The notes under the pieces were generated by a model. That model saw only the letters and a program-made list of their open reading frames with translations, was not told where the DNA came from and made no database searches. DNA of 64,000 nt from an uncultured Pseudomonadota bacterium (GTDB lineage: Bacteria > Pseudomonadota > Alphaproteobacteria > Rs-D84), in contig CADBLE010000006.1 of the NCBI GenBank assembly GCA_902795435.1, forward strand, positions 45,611 through 109,610. Reading direction: 5' to 3'. Positions within the stretch are counted from its first letter, which is position 1. Every line of letters starts with the position of its first letter. The position numbers and the translations under genes are program-made. Positions 63,433-64,000 of the stretch are shown here, in pieces.

Positions 63433-64000
63433 TGAAGAAAATATTTGCGATTTTATTTTCATGTCTGATTATGTTTTCCGCAAATTCGGCAACACTTATC
63501 AACGATACCGAAACAGAAAAACAAATAACAGAAATCATATTGCCAATTGCACGTGCGGCGAAAATTCCAGATACCAGATTAAAAATATACATTGTCCGGG
63601 ATGACGATTTTAACGCCTTTGTCCGTGGTGGCGAAGATGTGTTTATATATACCGGTCTGTTGAAAAGAATCAAAGACCCAAACGCGTTGCGCGCGGTTGT
63701 TGCACACGAAATGGGACATACAATCGGCGGACACATGGTTCAAATGTCTGACAGAATGCAGGCCGAAATGATGCGCACAATGATAATCCAGGCATTGGGT
63801 GTTGGTTTAATGGTTGCTGGCGGAAATCCAACGGCGGGTGCTGGCATTATGGCGGGCGCAACGGGAATTGCGCAACAATCTATGTTATCTTTTTCAAGGG
63901 ACGAAGAAAGAATTGCAGACGATATGGCAATTGATTTAATGGTGAAAGCGGGCTATGACCCAAATTCTTTGATAGATGTATTTACACAAATGCGCGATAT
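63432..64000 (+). CDS. M48-family zinc metallopeptidase (partial, continues beyond the window)
   Basis: The ATG overlaps the recG TAA by one base. Signal peptide MKKIFAILFSCLIMFSANSA. HEMGHTIGGH (HExxH). Hand translation shows the frame stays open to the end of the window. Absent from the ORF track because there is no stop. Confidence 0.8.
   Translation, partial: MKKIFAILFSCLIMFSANSATLINDTETEKQITEIILPIARAAKIPDTRLKIYIVRDDDFNAFVRGGEDVFIYTGLLKRIKDPNALRAVVAHEMGHTIGGHMVQMSDRMQAEMMRTMIIQALGVGLMVAGGNPTAGAGIMAGATGIAQQSMLSFSRDEERIADDMAIDLMVKAGYDPNSLIDVFTQMRD

Noticed and set aside
1-64000. Alternative genetic code (for example TGA as Trp, as in Mollicutes or some reduced symbionts), considered because of the low GC content
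   Set aside because: Long ORFs are intact under the standard code. TGA is used as a genuine stop at coupled junctions (for example 8710-8712, 9348-9350, 13604-13606). Conserved proteins (AckA, RecG, ABC) end where expected.

Overview
AT-rich bacterial chromosomal segment that reads with the standard genetic code. Many gene junctions are tightly coupled (TAATG and ATGA overlaps). Ankyrin repeats, eukaryote-like Cys-rich secreted proteins and several degenerate housekeeping genes suggest a host-associated or intracellular lifestyle. An 83-aa HTH protein resembles the N-terminus of alphaproteobacterial LexA/S24-type repressors, so an alphaproteobacterial origin is possible, but this is a low-confidence guess. 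Core genes I can support: tdk, tRNA-Arg(ACG), tRNA-Asn(GUU), tRNA-Lys(UUU), a short divergent metK, a divergent SEDS (FtsW/RodA-like) protein, a DEDDh exonuclease, a HAD nucleotidase-like protein, a CaCA antiporter, an MsbA-like ABC exporter, folA, ackA, recG and a partial M48 peptidase. There are four accessory regions. (1) Four paralogous secreted proteins built from about 50-aa six-cysteine modules (2196-6212 and 52293-55373). Three of them sit directly upstream of a translationally coupled six-gene operon (6270-11031) encoding a PF14907-like nucleotidyltransferase, an HPr-kinase-like protein, PqqD, GT2, GT8 and a Cys-triad-less radical-SAM/SPASM-like protein. (2) An integrative island of about 21.6 kb at tRNA-Asn (about 12047-33737), bounded by 60-bp direct repeats. 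It carries a tyrosine integrase, a Rep-like and HTH backbone, and a proteasome-beta-like Ntn hydrolase with a T1/D17/K33 triad. It also carries a 13.5-kb nine-gene head-to-tail defence array: SNF2 helicase, ankyrin protein, MotA-like, MotB-like, 171-aa orphan, Type III Mod, Type III Res, SF1 helicase-nuclease, UDG-like. The SNF2-ankyrin-MotAB part looks like a non-canonical Zorya-type system and is my best candidate for an undescribed system. (3) A second defence patch (33872-39414) with a three-gene HNH cassette and an McrBC pair whose McrB carries a large insertion inside the AAA+ core. (4) A conserved 67-nt structured element downstream of both tRNA-Arg and tRNA-Lys, each time followed by a duplicated tRNA 3-prime end plus terminator. 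All calls rest on motif reading by eye. No database search was possible.
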